Positions 22,635-32,566 of a stretch of DNA of 64,000 bases are shown here, piece after piece. The DNA comes from an uncultured delta proteobacterium. GTDB taxonomy: Bacteria; Desulfobacterota; Binatia; UBA9968. The notes beneath the pieces are model-generated. The model ran no database searches and had not been told where the DNA came from. It worked only from the letters and a program-made list of their open reading frames with translations. The DNA is taken from assembly GCA_963745835.1 (NCBI GenBank), contig CAVUZH010000003.1, positions 1,312,001 through 1,376,000 of the forward strand, in the 5' to 3' direction. Made by a program: the position numbers and the translations under genes. Every line of letters begins with the position of its first letter. Positions within the stretch are counted from its first letter, which is position 1.

Positions 22635-23673
22635 ATGAACGATGTTACCGTGATTGATGCCGACGGTCATGTATTGGAAAACGACAACGAGCTGGCGCAG
22701 TATTTCGAAGGCGCTTACCAAGGCCACAAGCGCTCGGGAGTTTTTTCCATCTTTCCTTCTCTCGATGGATGGCCGCGCGGCTTCGTCAAAGGCATGGACA
22801 AGGTCAGCGCAACATCCGCCGAAGCCTGGATACGATTTGCCGATGAGGCAAAGCTCAAAGCAGCCGTTCTCTACCCCACGGCGGGCTTGGCGTTCGGCCT
22901 GATTCAAGATCCGGACTGGGCCTGCGTGGTTGCCCGCGCTTATAACAATTGGCTCTCCGACCGTTACTGCAAAGCCGATTCGCGGCTCAAGGGCGTCGCG
23001 ATGTTGCCGGTCCACAACCCGCAGGAAGCCGTCGCTGAACTGAGGCATGCGATCCTTGAACAAAACATGGTGGCAGGAATGCTGCCGGCGGTGACGATGC
23101 TCAACAAGGGTTATGGCCATGCGGATTTCCATCCCATTTATGAGGAAGCCCAAAAGCTTAACGTGCCCTTAGCGGTTCACGGCGCAGTGAGCCGTGGTCT
23201 CGGTTTTGATTTCTTGCAAACCATGTCGATGATTCACACGCTCGAGCATCCGATCGCGCAAATGATTCAACTGACCAGTGTGGTCCTAGACGGTGTCTTC
23301 GATATCTTTCCAAAATTGAGAATGGGCTTTCTCGAAGCCGGCGCCGGTTGGATTCCCTACATGATGGACCGTATGGATGAGAAATTTCACATTGACCGTA
23401 AACGCAAGCACTTTCCACTGAGCAAGCTGCCAAGCGAGTATTTCAAGACCGGCAACGTCTACGTCACTTGCGAGACCGATGAGAAGATCCTCGATGCGGT
23501 CGTCCGAGAGATGGGCGAGGACTTTATCATGTATCCGACCGACTTTCCTCATGAGCGCCAGACCGGCGAATTCGCCAGAGACATCCCGGAGTTTCTCGCA
23601 GCGGCCCGACCTCTCCGAAAACGTCAAACGGAAAATTCTTAGCGAGAATGCAAAACGGTTTTACGTCATTTGA
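22635..23673 (+). CDS. Amidohydrolase_2 family protein (apparent frameshift ~23595)
   Basis: IDADGH, LAVHG, LEAGAGW, PTDFPHE; C-terminus KRKILSENAKRFY in another frame. Confidence 0.88.
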
Positions 23674-23797
23674 TAAACAGGCGAGCAACGCGACTGCCTC
23701 GATACTCGCCGGAGGCTGAGAGCAAGTGCGTGCATTCTTCAGAGAAGTTAACGATGGGGGACCGTAGCGTGGATCTGGCTTGTCATTCGGAGGCTCT

Positions 23798-24825
23798 ATG
23801 AAAGCGATACTATGGTTATTGCTGCTTTCTAATCTGGACCTCGAGATGCGAGAGCGCAGAGCCCTTTCTACGCAGGTAAAACCATAACAGTGGTTGCCGG
23901 GGTCAGTGCCGGAAGCGCTTACGATCTATACGCTCGGCTCATGGTCCAGCACATGGGCAAGCACATTCCCGGCAATCCCACCTTTGTCGTGCAAAACATG
24001 ACCGGGGCGGGCTCCATCATCGGCGCGAATTATCTCTACAACGTTTCTAAACCCGACGGCCTGACCATCGGAGCGATTCAGCCTTCGATATTCTTCAACC
24101 AGCTAATGAACCAGAAGGAGGTAAAATTCGATTGGGGGAAATTCACCTGGATCGGCAGTTCAGATAAGTCCGATCATCTCCTCTATATGCGCGCCGATTT
24201 GCCGTACAAGAGTCTCGCCGAAGTGCGTAGAGCTCCCGAACCCCCGAAATGCGGCTCCACCGGCGCAGGCACTTCGGGAAGTTATATTCCGAAAATGCTC
24301 GAAGAAATTCTCGGAACGAAGTTCACTATCGTTGCCGGATACCAGGGCGGCGGCGAGATCGATCTCGCAGTCGAGAGAGGCGAACTTCAATGTCGTGCTT
24401 TGACGATTCAGGCTTATCACTCGCGCGAACCTTACCACACCTGGCGCCGGACCAACTTTGCGCGCATCGTGATGCAGACCGGACGGACCCGCGATCCGCG
24501 GATAGCGGATGCTCCGACACTTCAAGAGCTCATGAACGAGCACAGAACCCCTGAATCCGGACGGCGCTTAGTGCCGCTGGTAATGGCTGGGAGCGACTTC
24601 GGCAGGCCCATTATAGCTCCTCCCGGTGTTCCTCCGGACAAGATCAAGATCTTGCGCGATGCTTTCAACAAGACGATGGCAGATCCGGAACTCTTGGCGG
24701 AAGCGAAAAGAAAGAACTTCGATATCGCGCCTACTCCCGGCGAAGAGCTCGAGGCATTGGCGAAAGAGGTAGTCGCCCAACCTCCGGAGATTGTTGAACG
24801 GCTGAAAAACCTGATGAACCAGTAA
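23798..24825 (+). CDS. Bug/TctC tripartite tricarboxylate transporter substrate-binding protein (frameshifted signal region)
   Basis: PFYAGKTIT, MGKHIPGNP, KPDGLTI, GYQGG; GGAGG RBS before ATG 23798. Confidence 0.88.
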
Positions 24826-24970
24826 AGGGACGACGTTTAGAGTTTAGACGTGAAGCATTGTACCAGTTGATGTGCAAGGGCAGGATTACCTATCGTTTCA
24901 GCGCTGCTTGACAATCTACTTCCACCGGCAATAACTTCAGGGACATAACGAACAATCCAAGGAGGTCTCC

Positions 24971-25366
24971 ATGTTCGATATCAAGGGAATCAGAACGTTT
25001 GCTATGAGTGCTAAGGATCTCGATAAGGCGGTGGATTTTTACACCAAGGTGATAGGCGGCCAGATCGTAAGAAAAGTTGAGCCCAGCGAAGAACAGCTAC
25101 AAGCCGGCCAAGTCAAGGAAGTCGATGTGCGCTTGGGAAACTTCGAAGTTCACCTGTTTGACGCGTCAATCAAGCCGCGCGATGTCGACCCACATCACAC
25201 GTTGAATATTCCCTGGCAGGAAAAGGAAAAAGCTCTGAAGTCTCTCCAAGAGATTGGCGCCAATATCGAGAAAGTGCGGCCACATCGTGACGGCGAAAGT
25301 TATTCGATCAACGTGTTCGATCCCGACGGCAACCGATGGGAGCTATCGTTCGCCAAGGGGAATTAG
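24971..25366 (+). CDS. VOC (glyoxalase/bleomycin-resistance/dioxygenase) family protein
   Basis: DLDKAVDFYTKVIG, DPDGNRWEL. Confidence 0.88.
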   Translation: MFDIKGIRTFAMSAKDLDKAVDFYTKVIGGQIVRKVEPSEEQLQAGQVKEVDVRLGNFEVHLFDASIKPRDVDPHHTLNIPWQEKEKALKSLQEIGANIEKVRPHRDGESYSINVFDPDGNRWELSFAKGN

Positions 25367-25462
25367 GCGACGGATAACTCGTTCAAGTAGTCAAGCCTTT
25401 CAAAGCGTTTAACGCGTTCAATCAAAGGACAATCGGTTATCTCAATACACTGCGGGCCAATA

Positions 25463-25497
25463 TCCTCATACACTGCCGGATTGGCACTGTATGAGGA
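25463..25497. terminator. Near-perfect inverted repeat (terminator or operator-like)
   Basis: TCCTCATACACTGCC / GGCACTGTATGAGGA, 14 of 15 bp paired. Confidence 0.5.
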
Positions 25498-25698
25498 ATG
25501 AATGCTTCTGGACGATTCTTACAGGTGCGGCATATTCCACGCGTTTGCTATTCGCGAGTTGTAGACATGGAGTAATACACCGCCAGAGACCCAGCAGTAT
25601 ACTCAATAGTTAGGCGCCTTCGCATGTGTCCCGTAGGATGAGAGTCTTCGTTATCACTGCTGGCATCGGTCACACCGAGCCGGCCCGGAGGAGAACAA

Positions 25699-26057
25699 AT
25701 GGACCTGCAGAAGATCTACACCGCATTGCTCACCGCAGACCTTGCTGCGGCCGAAGGTTGGTATACGAAGCTGCTCGGTCGTGGACCGGACAACCGGCCG
25801 ATGGACACGCTGGTTCACTGGGAGCTCTTCGACCAGGGCGGATTGGCATTTCAAGCGACGACGAAATCGCCGGCGGGGGCGTGATGTTCCTTTACGTCGA
25901 CGATGTCGCGGCCGAGCGCCGCAGGCTGCAAGGCCTGGGCATCGTGCTTGGCAACGACATTGAGGGTGACTACTCGACGCTGGCTCAGGTACGTGATCCT
26001 GACGGAAACCTGCTCACGCTGGCGACGCCGCCGAGACGGCCTTTTCCGCCTGCATGA
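25699..26057 (+). CDS. Cassette 1: VOC family protein (frameshift ~25850)
   Basis: DLAAAEGWYTKLLGR..LYVDDVAAE..VRDPDGNLLTL over two frames; GGAGGAG RBS. Confidence 0.85.
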
Positions 26058-26090
26058 CCGCGCCGGAAAGAGCGAAATCCGCGGCATGGC

Positions 26091-26150
26091 GCCTAACAAC
26101 AGCATGCAGCTGACGGCGCTGCGCGCCGCCGCTGATGCTGAGCGTTAGCT
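26091..26150 (+). repeat. attC site 1 (60 bp)
   Basis: GCCTAAC...CAGCTGACGGCGCTGCGCGCCGCCGCTG...GTTAGCT. Confidence 0.92.
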
Positions 26151-26165
26151 ACCAAAGACTATCAA

Positions 26166-26852
26166 ATGCCACCTTCAACAGACGTCGTAAATTATCTTGG
26201 GGGGGATTTTCTTGCGGCAATCACCAACGATCTAACTGCGGTAGTGAAATTTCATGATGGTGGTATTGGAGGATTTCATAGCGTCCCGCGCGAGGTCTTC
26301 TGTTACATCGACTACATCTCGGCCATTCGATACGGTGCGAATAGCTCGGCAAATGCAATTCAGTTCATCGAAAAATATCTCGGTACCACGAATCCTCGAT
26401 ATAAGCACTATGGGAAGCTTCTCTATGAAATGTGGCGACATGGGACAGTCCATGAATTCGATCCGAAAAGACTAAAGCACTCAAACGGGAAGTACAGCGT
26501 GGGGTGGCAAACCAACAACGATTCAGGAAAAGAGGAGCGTGCATGTCATTTAGAGTGCTTCAAGGTCTATGGAAAGAGCGACACCTTTGTGCTCAACGTA
26601 AATTTATTTCAATTGGTTGATGATTTCGTCCGAGGCGTTCACGAGTTCATTTCTGAGCTGAAGAAGGCCAAAAAAAGACGCATAGAATGTCAGAACAACT
26701 ACAACGAGATATCAAGGCAACTCTCGGTCAAGGAATTAGCTAAAAAGAACAAGAAAATGAAACGCAATCTAAACCTTCAGATTTCGAGGGCTGTGAGGGC
26801 GCAGCGGCTCGAGGTACAGAACGGTAATGTAATTGGAGGCAAATGTTCCTAA
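26166..26852 (+). CDS. Cassette 2: hypothetical protein with HEPN-like RxxxxH motif
   Basis: AT-rich ORF filling the cassette; LYEMWRHGTVH. Confidence 0.7.
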   Translation: MPPSTDVVNYLGGDFLAAITNDLTAVVKFHDGGIGGFHSVPREVFCYIDYISAIRYGANSSANAIQFIEKYLGTTNPRYKHYGKLLYEMWRHGTVHEFDPKRLKHSNGKYSVGWQTNNDSGKEERACHLECFKVYGKSDTFVLNVNLFQLVDDFVRGVHEFISELKKAKKRRIECQNNYNEISRQLSVKELAKKNKKMKRNLNLQISRAVRAQRLEVQNGNVIGGKCS

Positions 26853-26856
26853 AGGC

Positions 26857-26937
26857 AGCTAACCAGCACGTGGATTCGGATACGCTATGTCGGCGCTTCG
26901 CGCCGCCTTCGCTTGCCGTTCACGCGCGGCGTTAGGC
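26857..26937 (+). repeat. attC site 2 (81 bp)
   Basis: AGCTAAC...CGGCGCTTCGCGCCG...GTTAGGC. Confidence 0.88.
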
Positions 26938-26944
26938 CCTCGAC

Positions 26945-27682
26945 ATGAACAAACACTACGCGGGGCTTACGACTCGCATGTTGTCGGAGATTGAGACGAT
27001 CTCCGATAGGATGACGCATCAAGGAGAGAAGGGCCGCAACAACGAACATGTGCTGGCGGCTTTTCTCAACGAACACCTTCCAAAGCGTTACTGGATATCT
27101 ACTGGAAAGGTCATCGCTGCCGATGGCCGAGAAAGCGGCCAAGTCGATCTGATTGTTCATGACCGAATTACGACGCCAGCATTTGTTGAGGCACGAGCCT
27201 GGAGCCTTGTTCCTGTTGAGAGCGTCTACGCCGTGCTTTCCGTCAAGACAACTCTTAACAAGGAAGAATTACGAGACTCACTCGAGTCAATCTCAAAGGT
27301 CCGCGCCCTGCCACGTACGGCCGCTATCAGATACGACTCAAACCATATGGTTTCGCTTCGTGAGGACGAAACGCTTCGACCACGTGGATTTGTCTTTGCC
27401 TTCAAGAGCTCCTGGGCAACACCAGAAAGTGCAGAGAAGGCGTTTCAAGATCTCTTATCGGAATTCGACGATTCACTACGTCCCAACGCCGTGTGTGCGC
27501 TGGACCAGTGTTTGATCATCAGGCGTGCGTACACCACCGAAACGATCCTGTTTAAGGAACACGCGCTGATGCACTTCGTCGTTTTCCTCGTCCAAACTAT
27601 GGATAAGTTTCCACGGTACCAGGTCGATCTGAAGAAGTACTTTAGAGAAGACTATGGCGACAACTCCGGCAAGAAGGCCTAA
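26945..27682 (+). CDS. Cassette 3: DUF6602-like (PD-(D/E)XK nuclease-like) protein
   Basis: HQGEKGRNNE..FL..HLPKRY..TGKVI..SGQVDLIVHD..PVESVYAVLSVKT; stop codon lies inside R'' (GCCTAAC). Confidence 0.75.
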   Translation: MNKHYAGLTTRMLSEIETISDRMTHQGEKGRNNEHVLAAFLNEHLPKRYWISTGKVIAADGRESGQVDLIVHDRITTPAFVEARAWSLVPVESVYAVLSVKTTLNKEELRDSLESISKVRALPRTAAIRYDSNHMVSLREDETLRPRGFVFAFKSSWATPESAEKAFQDLLSEFDDSLRPNAVCALDQCLIIRRAYTTETILFKEHALMHFVVFLVQTMDKFPRYQVDLKKYFREDYGDNSGKKA

Positions 27683-27766
27683 CAACCGGCTCGAGTACGC
27701 GCGCGTGGCGCGCCCGACTCGCAAAATTGAGGCGCTCTTGCTCGCGGTTCAACCGGAGCATTAGGC
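27677..27766 (+). repeat. attC site 3 (90 bp, degenerate R' ATTAGGC)
   Basis: GCCTAACAACCGGCTCGAG...TTCAACCGGAGC-ATTAGGC. Confidence 0.8.
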
Positions 27767-27819
27767 ACAGGCCGAAGCATGGGTAAAGCTGTCTTAAGTT
27801 CGAAAGCGTCTGTGAACCC

Positions 27820-28809
27820 TCACTTCCCGTAAAGATCGCGGATAAAGCCGCTGGCTTCAAGTTCTTTGATGATCGAATTATCGATAAACGAATTGGCGTC
27901 AGCTCCTCGGGCTTTGGGATTTTCCGGGGCAAGAAACTCCAGCACTGTTTTGACACCTTCGATGGAAGGATATGGTACTTGTTCATATTGGTTCGATGCA
28001 TAGACATCGTAAGACCGTGCGAGAAACTCTTCGCCGGCGCGATCGCTGCGCAACTTCTTTTTTAAAACCGCGACGCTTTCATTCTTATTCCTTTTGAAAT
28101 AGGCGATACCCTCGACAAAGGCTTTGGTGAATCTAACGACCGTATCGCGACGGGTGCGCAAAAATTGGCGCGTCGTGTCCAGCATCATGTTGAGATAGTA
28201 AATGTCCATATCGCCCAAATCAGCCAGCACTCGATAACCTTTATCTTCGGCGACAAAGTTTGAGGGTATGGTCAGCACGGCGGCGTCGATACCACCTTTT
28301 TCAAGATTCACGACCATCGCCGATGACGACTCGACCTGCAGCACCCGGACCTTGTCGGCGCTGATGCCCCATTTCTTGAGCATCATCAGCAATACTAGGT
28401 GCGATGCGGCGCCGTAGCGAGTAACCCCGACTCTTTTACCGATCAGGTCTGCCGGCGTCTTTACCTCGGGCCGGCTCATTACCCTCTGCACGCCCTTATT
28501 GAGGATGCCCGCGATCATCACCGTATCGGCTCCGCGCAGCGCGGCGCTAATCACCGAGTCGCCGGCTGCGGTGACAAACTGAATATCGCCAGCTATCAAT
28601 GCGCTCACGCCTCGGGCGCCGCCGCCTCCGATAACGATTACTTCGGGGTCGAGACCGTGTTTCTTAAAAAGACCTTTTTCCTCCGCGACCCAGAGGGCGC
28701 CATGCGTGGCGCTGATCGAACTCAATCCGACGCGCACTTTCTCCGACTCCGCGGCGGAGACTGAGCCATGACTCAGGAGTAAACAGAGCAAAATAAGGAA
28801 GATGATCAT
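27820..28809 (-). CDS. ABC substrate-binding protein, SsuA/NMT1-like
   Basis: Signal peptide, LWVAEEKGLFKKHGL, DLIGKRVGVTRYG. Confidence 0.88.
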   Translation of the reverse strand: MIIFLILLCLLLSHGSVSAAESEKVRVGLSSISATHGALWVAEEKGLFKKHGLDPEVIVIGGGGARGVSALIAGDIQFVTAAGDSVISAALRGADTVMIAGILNKGVQRVMSRPEVKTPADLIGKRVGVTRYGAASHLVLLMMLKKWGISADKVRVLQVESSSAMVVNLEKGGIDAAVLTIPSNFVAEDKGYRVLADLGDMDIYYLNMMLDTTRQFLRTRRDTVVRFTKAFVEGIAYFKRNKNESVAVLKKKLRSDRAGEEFLARSYDVYASNQYEQVPYPSIEGVKTVLEFLAPENPKARGADANSFIDNSIIKELEASGFIRDLYGK

Positions 28810-28909
28810 ACACGACCTAGAGAACGCGCCTTCGCCGTCGTCTACATGGATGGCAACCGTAGATCCGTTCACAGCAACATAGTTGAAGCCGACAAGCGCT
28901 TAGCCATGG

Positions 28910-28986
28910 TGTCACTCCCGCTGTTTACCGGAAGGTACAGCTCCTCTCCTGGCCTGGATTTCCGCTTAAAGCATGCGGGAATGACA
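28910..28986. repeat. GTCATTCCCGC...GCGGGAATGAC-type REP/REPIN palindrome (degenerate)
   Basis: TGTCACTCCCGC ... TGGATTTCCGC-N7-T-GCGGGAATGACA-like right arm; 11 of 12 bp terminal IR. Confidence 0.65.
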
Positions 28987-29055
28987 GCCAGGATAGTAAG
29001 GCTGCTTGAATAAGATGGAATAACCTCGGTTATACTTAACTGCTTGAACGATTCC

Positions 29056-30210
29056 TCAGTTGTATTTTTTTAAAACTTCGCGCGCGATGACCATGCGCAT
29101 AACTTCCGAGGCCCCTTCCGTAATCATGCGGCTGCGCTGATCGACGAACCACTTGGCCAGCGGCAGATCCAAGGTAAGCCCTATGCCGCCGTGGATCTGC
29201 AAGACCCGGTCGACGACGCGAAACGACATCTCGTCGGCAAAAAGTTTTGCCATGTAAGCTTCGTTGCGGATGTCTTTTTTCTGATCGTTCTTCCAGGCAG
29301 CCTGATAAACCATCAAGCGGGCCGCGTGTAACTCGACGTAAGAATCAGCAAGCTTGAAGGTGATGCCCTGCCGTTCAGATAGAGGCTTGCCGAACGTGAC
29401 CCGTTGCTTCGAATAGCTCGCGCCCATCTCGATGCAGCGCTCGGCAACTCCCAATGCGCGCGCGCCGTGCTTTAAACGGCCAATCCCCAGCCATTTTTGC
29501 GCCAGCTTGAAGCCTTCCCCTTCTTTGCCGACAAGATTCTCGGCCGGCACTTTCATATCGTCGAAGGTGATATGCCAGGGTTCCTCACCCATCATCGTTT
29601 TGTATCGAGTTACGAGCGTCAGCCCCGGCGTCTTCATATCCACCATGAAGCAGGAAATCCCGCCATGAGCGCCCTTGGCGGGATCAGTGACCGCCATCAA
29701 TTGGCCGATGTCGGCGTCGCCCGCGCCGGTAATGAAGCGCTTGGTGCCGTTGATGATGTAGTGATCGCCCTGGCGCACCGCGCGCGTCTTCATTGAGGCG
29801 GGATCGGAGCCTGCGTCCGGCTCGGTCTGCATGAAGCAGAGTTTTTTCTCGCCGCGCAGAACCGGATCCATGAAACGTTTTTTCTGATCCGGATTCAGCG
29901 CATAAAGAATCGGCCGCACTTCGGGCCCGAAGATACCCTGCCCGCGCGAAGGCAGCGCAACCGTGCGCGACAGCTCTTCCCATACCAGTACCTGCGCTAA
30001 ACTGCCGAGCCCGCCGCCGCCGTACTCCTCCGGCACATCGAACATCCAGAGACCCATGTCTTTGGTCTTTTTCTCCAAGCGCTGGCGAATGTCCGGTTTG
30101 AGCTCCATATTTTCGATCGTATGCATCTCGACCGGAATCAATTCCTTATCGACGAATTTGCGCACCGTATCTTTCAACATCTGAAGTTCTTCAGGTAAAT
30201 CAAAATCCAT
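29056..30210 (-). CDS. Acyl-CoA dehydrogenase
   Basis: TEPDAGSD, NGTKRFIT, QIHGGIG, ITEGASE. Confidence 0.94.
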   Translation of the reverse strand: MDFDLPEELQMLKDTVRKFVDKELIPVEMHTIENMELKPDIRQRLEKKTKDMGLWMFDVPEEYGGGGLGSLAQVLVWEELSRTVALPSRGQGIFGPEVRPILYALNPDQKKRFMDPVLRGEKKLCFMQTEPDAGSDPASMKTRAVRQGDHYIINGTKRFITGAGDADIGQLMAVTDPAKGAHGGISCFMVDMKTPGLTLVTRYKTMMGEEPWHITFDDMKVPAENLVGKEGEGFKLAQKWLGIGRLKHGARALGVAERCIEMGASYSKQRVTFGKPLSERQGITFKLADSYVELHAARLMVYQAAWKNDQKKDIRNEAYMAKLFADEMSFRVVDRVLQIHGGIGLTLDLPLAKWFVDQRSRMITEGASEVMRMVIAREVLKKYN

Positions 30211-30236
30211 GCATGTCCTCCGGCACACCGCTTTCT

Positions 30237-30349
30237 AACGTTCAACCGCTGCCGTCTTTTCATTCTTCGTGTTTTCATCCTCCCCCGCGCCGCGGGGGAG
30301 GATAATAGGTGGGGGTTGGAACGATTTGAACGGCTTGAACTGTTGGAAC
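30237..30349. repeat. REP-like element: GTTCAA/TTGAAC 9-mer arms around a 13-bp palindrome
   Basis: ATCCTCCCCCGCG-C-CGCGGGGGAGGAT (30277-30303), then TTGGAACGA TTTGAACGG CTTGAACTG TTGGAAC. Confidence 0.75.
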
Positions 30350-30353
30350 CCCG

Positions 30354-31172
30354 TTATTTCTTCTCTTCAACCTTGTACGACCCAAGTCCCGGTCTGTATT
30401 CCTTGCGCGCAAACTGTTGCAATCCGGGCCGGCCGCCGATGGCTTGTTTGGCTTTATCGGAAATCAAGTTGGAGATTTCGTATGCGACGTCAGGATTGGA
30501 GTAGAAGGTGTAGTACCAGGCCTCTTTGACCGCGTTGAGCGCCGATGGCGCCTTCTCCTTGAGATTATTCGCGATCTCCGTCACCTCTTTGTCTAAGTCC
30601 GTCCGTGCCACCGCCTTGGTAATTAAACCGATGCGCTCGGCTTCTTTGGCGTTCATAGTTTTTCCGGTAAGCGCATAATAGAGGCCATGCTTGGGTTGGA
30701 GATGCTCGGTCAACACGATCGTCACCTCACCGCCGGGGAAATGGCCGAAGTTAACCTCGGAGAGGCCGAACTGTACGTCATCGGCCGCAATCGCGATGTC
30801 ACATCCGGTGACGACGGTAAAGCCGCCGCCAAATACCCAGCCGTTGATCTTCGCGATCACCGGCTGCGGCATCTTACGAAGAATCTCGTTGCGCCATTGA
30901 CGCGACTTTTCACGCACCTCATCGCGCACCCGCGCCGGCTGCGAGTCCATTTCAATGAAATATTGTTTTAGATCCTGCCCGGCGCAAAAGCTTTCGCCCG
31001 CTCCGGTGATCACAATGACTCGGGTGTCTTTGTCGTAGCGCAGGTCCGTGAGCAGGTCGTACATGTCGCGATGCAACTGCGGACTCATCGCATTGCGTTT
31101 TTCCGGACGGTTCAAGGTAATCGTCGTTACTCCATCGTTCTTATCAACTAGCAAAGTCTGGTATTCCGCCAT
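30354..31172 (-). CDS. Crotonase, p-hydroxycinnamoyl-CoA hydratase/lyase-like
   Basis: LNRPEKRNAMSP, AGQDLKQYF, GWVFGGGF, FGLSEVN; C-terminal RPGLGSY resembles HCHL KPGLQAY. Confidence 0.8.
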   Translation of the reverse strand: MAEYQTLLVDKNDGVTTITLNRPEKRNAMSPQLHRDMYDLLTDLRYDKDTRVIVITGAGESFCAGQDLKQYFIEMDSQPARVRDEVREKSRQWRNEILRKMPQPVIAKINGWVFGGGFTVVTGCDIAIAADDVQFGLSEVNFGHFPGGEVTIVLTEHLQPKHGLYYALTGKTMNAKEAERIGLITKAVARTDLDKEVTEIANNLKEKAPSALNAVKEAWYYTFYSNPDVAYEISNLISDKAKQAIGGRPGLQQFARKEYRPGLGSYKVEEKK

Positions 31173-31436
31173 GATTATCTCCTTTCGACATCTATGAATC
31201 AGGATTTATTTTTACTAAGGACTAGAGGCAAATGGTCTTTGTGAGCTCTACTCCAGTTAACACGAGGCTGTCAAATGAGCGCGAGCATTCTGGTTTGAAG
31301 GTTGGCTGTTCGAACCGCGGTTCTCGTGCCGTGAGTTTCAAATCGACTCGGATGTTGGCAGCGGAGGGAGCGAACGACTTCCTTGAGACGATTTGTCGCA
31401 ATTCGGAGATTACAAAGCGAGTCCGAGCGACGATTG

Positions 31437-32486
31437 CTATTTTCGAGTGATATCGCGCAGCAGCTTCTTCCAACGATCGTCGAACTTCTCGTACTGTTCC
31501 GTCGTGAGGCCCTTCTCGGGATACCACCGCTTGAAGCCGTAATCCTTTGTCGATGTCGCGAAACGAAATTTTTCTTCGAAGATCTTTTGCCCTTCCGGAC
31601 TGAGTAGAAAATCGGCCAGCAACAATGCCGCATGCGGGTTGTTGCTGTTGCTCGGCAACGCAACGCCGCCGGCATTGGTGGCGTTTAAATCCAGAGGAAC
31701 CCATTCAGTCGGCGCTCCCTTGGCTTGTCCGGCCAAAACGTGATTACGAAATATCGAGACCGACAACGGCATTTCCCCCGCTGCCATCAATTCATGGATG
31801 GCGCCGCCGGAGATCATGTGCATCTTCATCTCCAAAAGCCTGAGCTGCTTTACGAACTCTTCTCCTTTGGCCCGAATCACGGCACCGAGAAATCGCACAC
31901 CCGTAGAGTCGCCGCTCACGCCGATCCTGCCTTTATATTCAGGCTTGACCAAGTCGGCAAAACTCTTGGGCACATCGGCAGGGCGAATCAGGTTTTTGTT
32001 GTAGCCGAGGCTGATGATTGACTCCCGGTCGGTGGCCCAAAGCACCCGGTCTTTATCGGCCTCCTCTTTTGCGTCGGACGGATAGTTGGCGAGATAGGGA
32101 GAGTAAAACGGCAAAAGCAGCTTATTATCGCGCATGATCATCAACGTCGGCGGCGTAGTCTCCACCAGGTCGGCGAGGTTGCGCCGGGCTTGCGCTTCGG
32201 AAAGAATTCTTCGCGTAAGATCGGTGCTGCCGGCTCGGTAAGTTTCGACTTTGACGCCAGGATATTTGGCCTCGAATACGTTGGCGATGTCGCGATGCGC
32301 GGTGAGGCTGGTGTACCAAACCAACTTTCCTTCTTTCTTCGCCCCCGCCTTGAGAACTTCTTCGCGATCGGCGCCGCGGTAGTTGGCCAGCTCGCCAAGG
32401 GATTTGGTTTGCGCCGATGCAAACGACGCTACCAGGATAATAAGCGAAATCGTCAAGACAATGCTTGGCATCGGATACCTCATCAT
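31437..32486 (-). CDS. ABC extracellular solute-binding protein
   Basis: Signal peptide, GAKKEGKLVWYTS, PHAALLLADFLLS. Confidence 0.87.
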   Translation of the reverse strand: MMRYPMPSIVLTISLIILVASFASAQTKSLGELANYRGADREEVLKAGAKKEGKLVWYTSLTAHRDIANVFEAKYPGVKVETYRAGSTDLTRRILSEAQARRNLADLVETTPPTLMIMRDNKLLLPFYSPYLANYPSDAKEEADKDRVLWATDRESIISLGYNKNLIRPADVPKSFADLVKPEYKGRIGVSGDSTGVRFLGAVIRAKGEEFVKQLRLLEMKMHMISGGAIHELMAAGEMPLSVSIFRNHVLAGQAKGAPTEWVPLDLNATNAGGVALPSNSNNPHAALLLADFLLSPEGQKIFEEKFRFATSTKDYGFKRWYPEKGLTTEQYEKFDDRWKKLLRDITRK

Positions 32487-32566
32487 TGGAACCTTACTGT
32501 CCACCGGCCTAATCCTCTTGCTTCGCTTCAAGGGCGAATGAGATTTGGAAAACGGCTGCTGCTTTT

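Larger units (their letters stand above)
25609..27766 (+). mobile_element. Integron gene-cassette array lacking integrase (CALIN), 3 cassettes
   Basis: GTTAGGC at 25609 plus three attC sites; the start of each cassette is complementary to its own R'' end. Confidence 0.9.

Noticed and set aside
25367-25608. intI remnant upstream of the cassette array
   Set aside because: Only very short ORFs, with no tyrosine-recombinase motifs seen.
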